Assembly: GCA_025786725.1 (NCBI GenBank)
Contig: JAHLTZ010000055.1
Location: 36,040-100,039, forward strand
DNA from: Syncephalis fuscata S228
Lineage: Eukaryota > Fungi > Zoopagomycota
DNA: 64,000 nt
Reading direction: 5' to 3'
A program made the translations under genes and the position numbers. Below the pieces are notes generated by a model. It was given only the letters and a program-made list of their open reading frames with translations. It was not told the origin of the DNA and did not search any database. Positions 61,001-64,000 of the stretch are shown one piece after another (position 1 is the first letter of the stretch; each line of letters starts with the position of its first letter).

Positions 61001-63544
61001 TCAACGATTAATGGACGAAGTATTGGCTGGTCTGAAGTGGCATTCATGTATTGTTTACTTAGACGATATTATTGTATTTGGTAGGACGTTTGATGAACAC
61101 CTACAACGTCTACGAACAGTTTTTAATCGTCTACGCGATGCTGGACTTCGCCTTAAACGTAGCAAATGTCACTTTGGCCAACAACAAATAGCCTATCTTG
61201 GCCATGTCGTGAATGCTAATGGTGTTAAACCAGACCCAGATAAAGTCGCTGCTGTGCATAATTTCCCTCGCCCTACTGATATACGTGGCTGTAAAAGTTT
61301 CCTTGGTCTTGCATCCTATTATCGACGCTTTATTAGCCGTTTTGCCGAACGAGCCGAGCCCATTCGTCGCCTTGAGAAGAAAGGTACACCCTTCGTGTGG
61401 TCAGACGAACAACAAACCGCCTTCGATGATTACGCACTACATTGACTAGTGATACTGTGTTAGCTTATCCAACACTATCTAAGCCGTTTCGAATTGAAAC
61501 TGATGCTTCTACTTACGGTTTGGGCGCAGTATTATCGCAACAAATCGACGATGGATGGCGACCGATTGCTTATGCCAGTAGAGCGTTGAATGATGCACAA
61601 AAGAACTATTCAGCTACCGAATGCGAATGTATGGCTATTGTATGGGCCATAGAGAAGTTCCGACCTTATATATACGGTAGTGAATTTACAGTAGTCACTG
61701 ATCACTCAGCTCTACGTTGGTTAATGTCACGACCCAATCCAACTGGTCGACTTGGCCGTTGGGCATTGAAGTTACAGGAATACCGTCCGACTATCGAATA
61801 TAGGCGTGGTACTGCCAATGCCAATGCAGATGCCTTGTCACGAGATCCGTTGCCATGGCACGAACTAGTTGAACTAGCTGAACAAGACAAAGTAGAAGAA
61901 GTAATGCACATAGCTGAAAAATACAACACCGTTGCTACCAACTGAAGAAGAATGGGTATATGCACAACAAACAGAGTTAACTACTGCTGATGTATATGCT
62001 TATTTACAACAAGGTGCTGAGTATATGACGCTAATGTCCGATGCTAGTCGGCGTGCTTTACGAAAACGTGCTAAACGCTTTGAGCTAGTGACTGGTCGGT
62101 TGAAGAGGAAGGTTATGAAAGGCGATGTGATGACAGAGTTGTTGGATGTTGTGCCTAATCAATATCGACCTATAGTTCTATATCATTGTCATGATAAAGA
62201 ATTAGCTGGTCATTTGGGTATTACTCGTACTTACCAACGACTACGTCAGAGCTACTGGTGGCAGAATATGCATAGTGATGTATGCGACTATGTGACATCG
62301 TGCACAGTATGTCAGAAGATACGACGAATACACCAACGATCTGGATTATTACAATCACTACCAGTGCCAGAAAAGCCATTCGACTTTATTGCCATCGACC
62401 TTATGGGTCCATTTACTGAGTCTGAACATGGTAATAAGTACGTAGCTGTATGCTGTGATTACACCACGCGTTGGATTGAAGCCGCTGCTATCCCAGATGC
62501 AACTGCAGAAACTACAGTACAGTTCCTGATGAATAACGTTATTGCTAGACACGGCATGCCTAGTGTACTACTTACTGATGGTGGTACTAACTTTACATCT
62601 GGATTAACTGCCGGTATTGCGAAACGACTTGGCATACAGCGACGGATTACCTCCGCACGACGTCCACAGACTGACGGACTAGTTGAGCGTTTTAATCATA
62701 CACTTGCATCGATGATCGCTAAGTTCACTAGTGATTTCGAAAAAGATTGGGATAAATATCTACCCCTGCTATTGTTTGCATACAGAACAACGAAACAGTC
62801 ATCCGCTGGCCACTCACCATTTCAGTTACTATTCGGCCGAGAGGCGACTCAGCCATTAGAAGTAGCAGTTGGCCCTGTTTCAACGGCTCCAGTTCGGTTC
62901 CATAAGAGAGTAGAAGAATATGAGGAATACGTCACCGATCTGCAACTCCGACTCAATGATGTCAGGGAAAGAGCCAAGTTAATGATTGAAGCGGCCCAAC
63001 GTCGGCAGTCGGCTAGGTATAATAAAGGAAGAAGAAAAGAACCATTTAAAGAAGGTGACTTAGTGTGGATAGAAGAACAACTACTAAAAGGTACGAAGTT
63101 GAGAAAGATGAAAGAAAGAATGAAAGGTCCTTTTAAAGTGATAGAACAAACGTCAGCTGTCAACTACAGACTCAAGGATTTGGAAACACAAAGAATGTTT
63201 TCAGAACACGCTGATCGAATAATTCCACTTCACACACGACCTGCCCATTTATTATTACCCAACATATCAATTAACCAAATATCATTATCTAACCTTTCCA
63301 CTAATTCACTTAATGTGTCAACGGGACGTTCGACACTTAGTGAGGGAGTGATGTGGCGACATATTCAGAACACGTGGTACACGGGTACCACGTAATCGAT
63401 GTGTCAAGCCAGCTATAAAAGCTGGAATATTTACATTTATTAATAAAGTAGTTAAATCCTAAGAAAAACCTTTTATTACAAGATCCTAGTGTTTTATCTA
63501 CCTTGCCGTATTACTCAGTCCCCCTTCATAATAGTAATACGACA
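58049..63544 (+). mobile_element. Full-length Ty3/Gypsy LTR retrotransposon, copy 2 (three homopolymer frameshifts; no TSD)
   Basis: LTRs at 58049-58241 and 63352-63544, PBS TGGTGGAG at 58244, PPT GAGGGAGTGA before the 3' LTR. Gag 58409-59856 (indel near 59463) and pol 59868-63395 (indels near 61430 and 61920) are near-identical to copy 1. Confidence 0.96.
59847..59909 (+). promoter_or_regulatory. Candidate -1 ribosomal frameshift signal (GGAAAAC plus stem-loop/pseudoknot) at the gag-pol junction
   Basis: G GAA AAC directly before the gag TAA; pol is in the -1 frame. Stem TGGGACGTCG/CGACGTCCCA; loop TAAGGG is complementary to downstream CCCTTA. Confidence 0.7.
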
Positions 63545-63742
63545 ATGACCAATAGATAGAACACACACACACACACACAAATAAACATTCATGTTCGTTA
63601 TTTGGAATTCTATCATCATTACACTCCCATTGACCAAAGTCTTGTTTTTATTCTACTACTTGCTTGTTCTATCTATCAGCCAGCTGTATTATTGTCATTT
63701 TGACGTTTAGACGTGTCTATTTCCATATATACATGTGTCAGT

Positions 63743-64000
63743 ATGGCACAGCCCGATCGCGCCGATGTAGAACACCATGTAGAGGCAGCACTACGGTTTC
63801 CACGTCTATCTCCATTACGAACCGTTAGTCGGGCATTAAGTCCACGTATTGCCGTTGTATCCTCGGCTGATGTGGACGATATTTGTCAACGGTCGCGTCT
63901 CCATTCGCTCGCTGACCTCCTACTGCCATTTGGTGACTTGGTCGACGGTAAAGGTAAGTATATCGACTTGAAAGCTACTCGATATTAATAAATCCTATGG
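63743..64000 (+). CDS. TRAPPC8: TRAPP III subunit Trs85/TRAPPC8, first exon (63743-63953), continuing beyond the window
   Basis: RALSPRIAVVSSADVDDICQRSRLHSLADLLLPFG matches the Trs85 N-terminal motif; GTAAGT donor follows. Confidence 0.7.

Noticed and set aside
7131-63395. Programmed frameshifts or mass pseudogenisation in SMYD, AQR, Pop8, the kinase, the mucin and Gypsy copy 2
   Set aside because: The breaks are mostly single-base indels in short homopolymers and also hit essential genes, which is typical of long-read consensus error.

Overview
AT-rich, intron-rich eukaryotic DNA. Gene content and GT/GC-AG introns suggest an early-diverging fungus (inference). Housekeeping genes: OFA-type MFS transporter, SMYD-type SET/MYND protein, Aquarius helicase, Pop8/Rpp14-like RNase P subunit, RAD5/HLTF-like SNF2 ATPase, PX-AGC kinase, YTP1-like membrane protein, CRIPT, NTH1, a GOST-type 7TM protein and the start of TRAPPC8. 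Accessory DNA: two near-identical 5.5-kb Ty3/Gypsy elements, three degraded Fanzor/TnpB fragments, three paralogs of an orphan secreted protein, and a PLA2-like mucin. The standout, invisible to the ORF track, is a family of three 'one-codon-per-exon' secreted peptide genes (34816-35975 +, 49323-51285 +, and 17574-10104 -, the last interrupted by a Gypsy element). Each has a signal/pro-peptide exon ending in Arg-Arg, followed by a tandem array of ~80-bp introns separated by 3-nt, phase-1 microexons. Hand-splicing gives the mature peptides EDCWWFRGWRTCA and DENDYWNYDFGYINAGYWAVSS. Many single-base homopolymer indels across conserved genes suggest assembly error, so frameshifts are not treated as evidence of pseudogenisation. 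All family assignments come from motif recognition by eye; no database searches were run.
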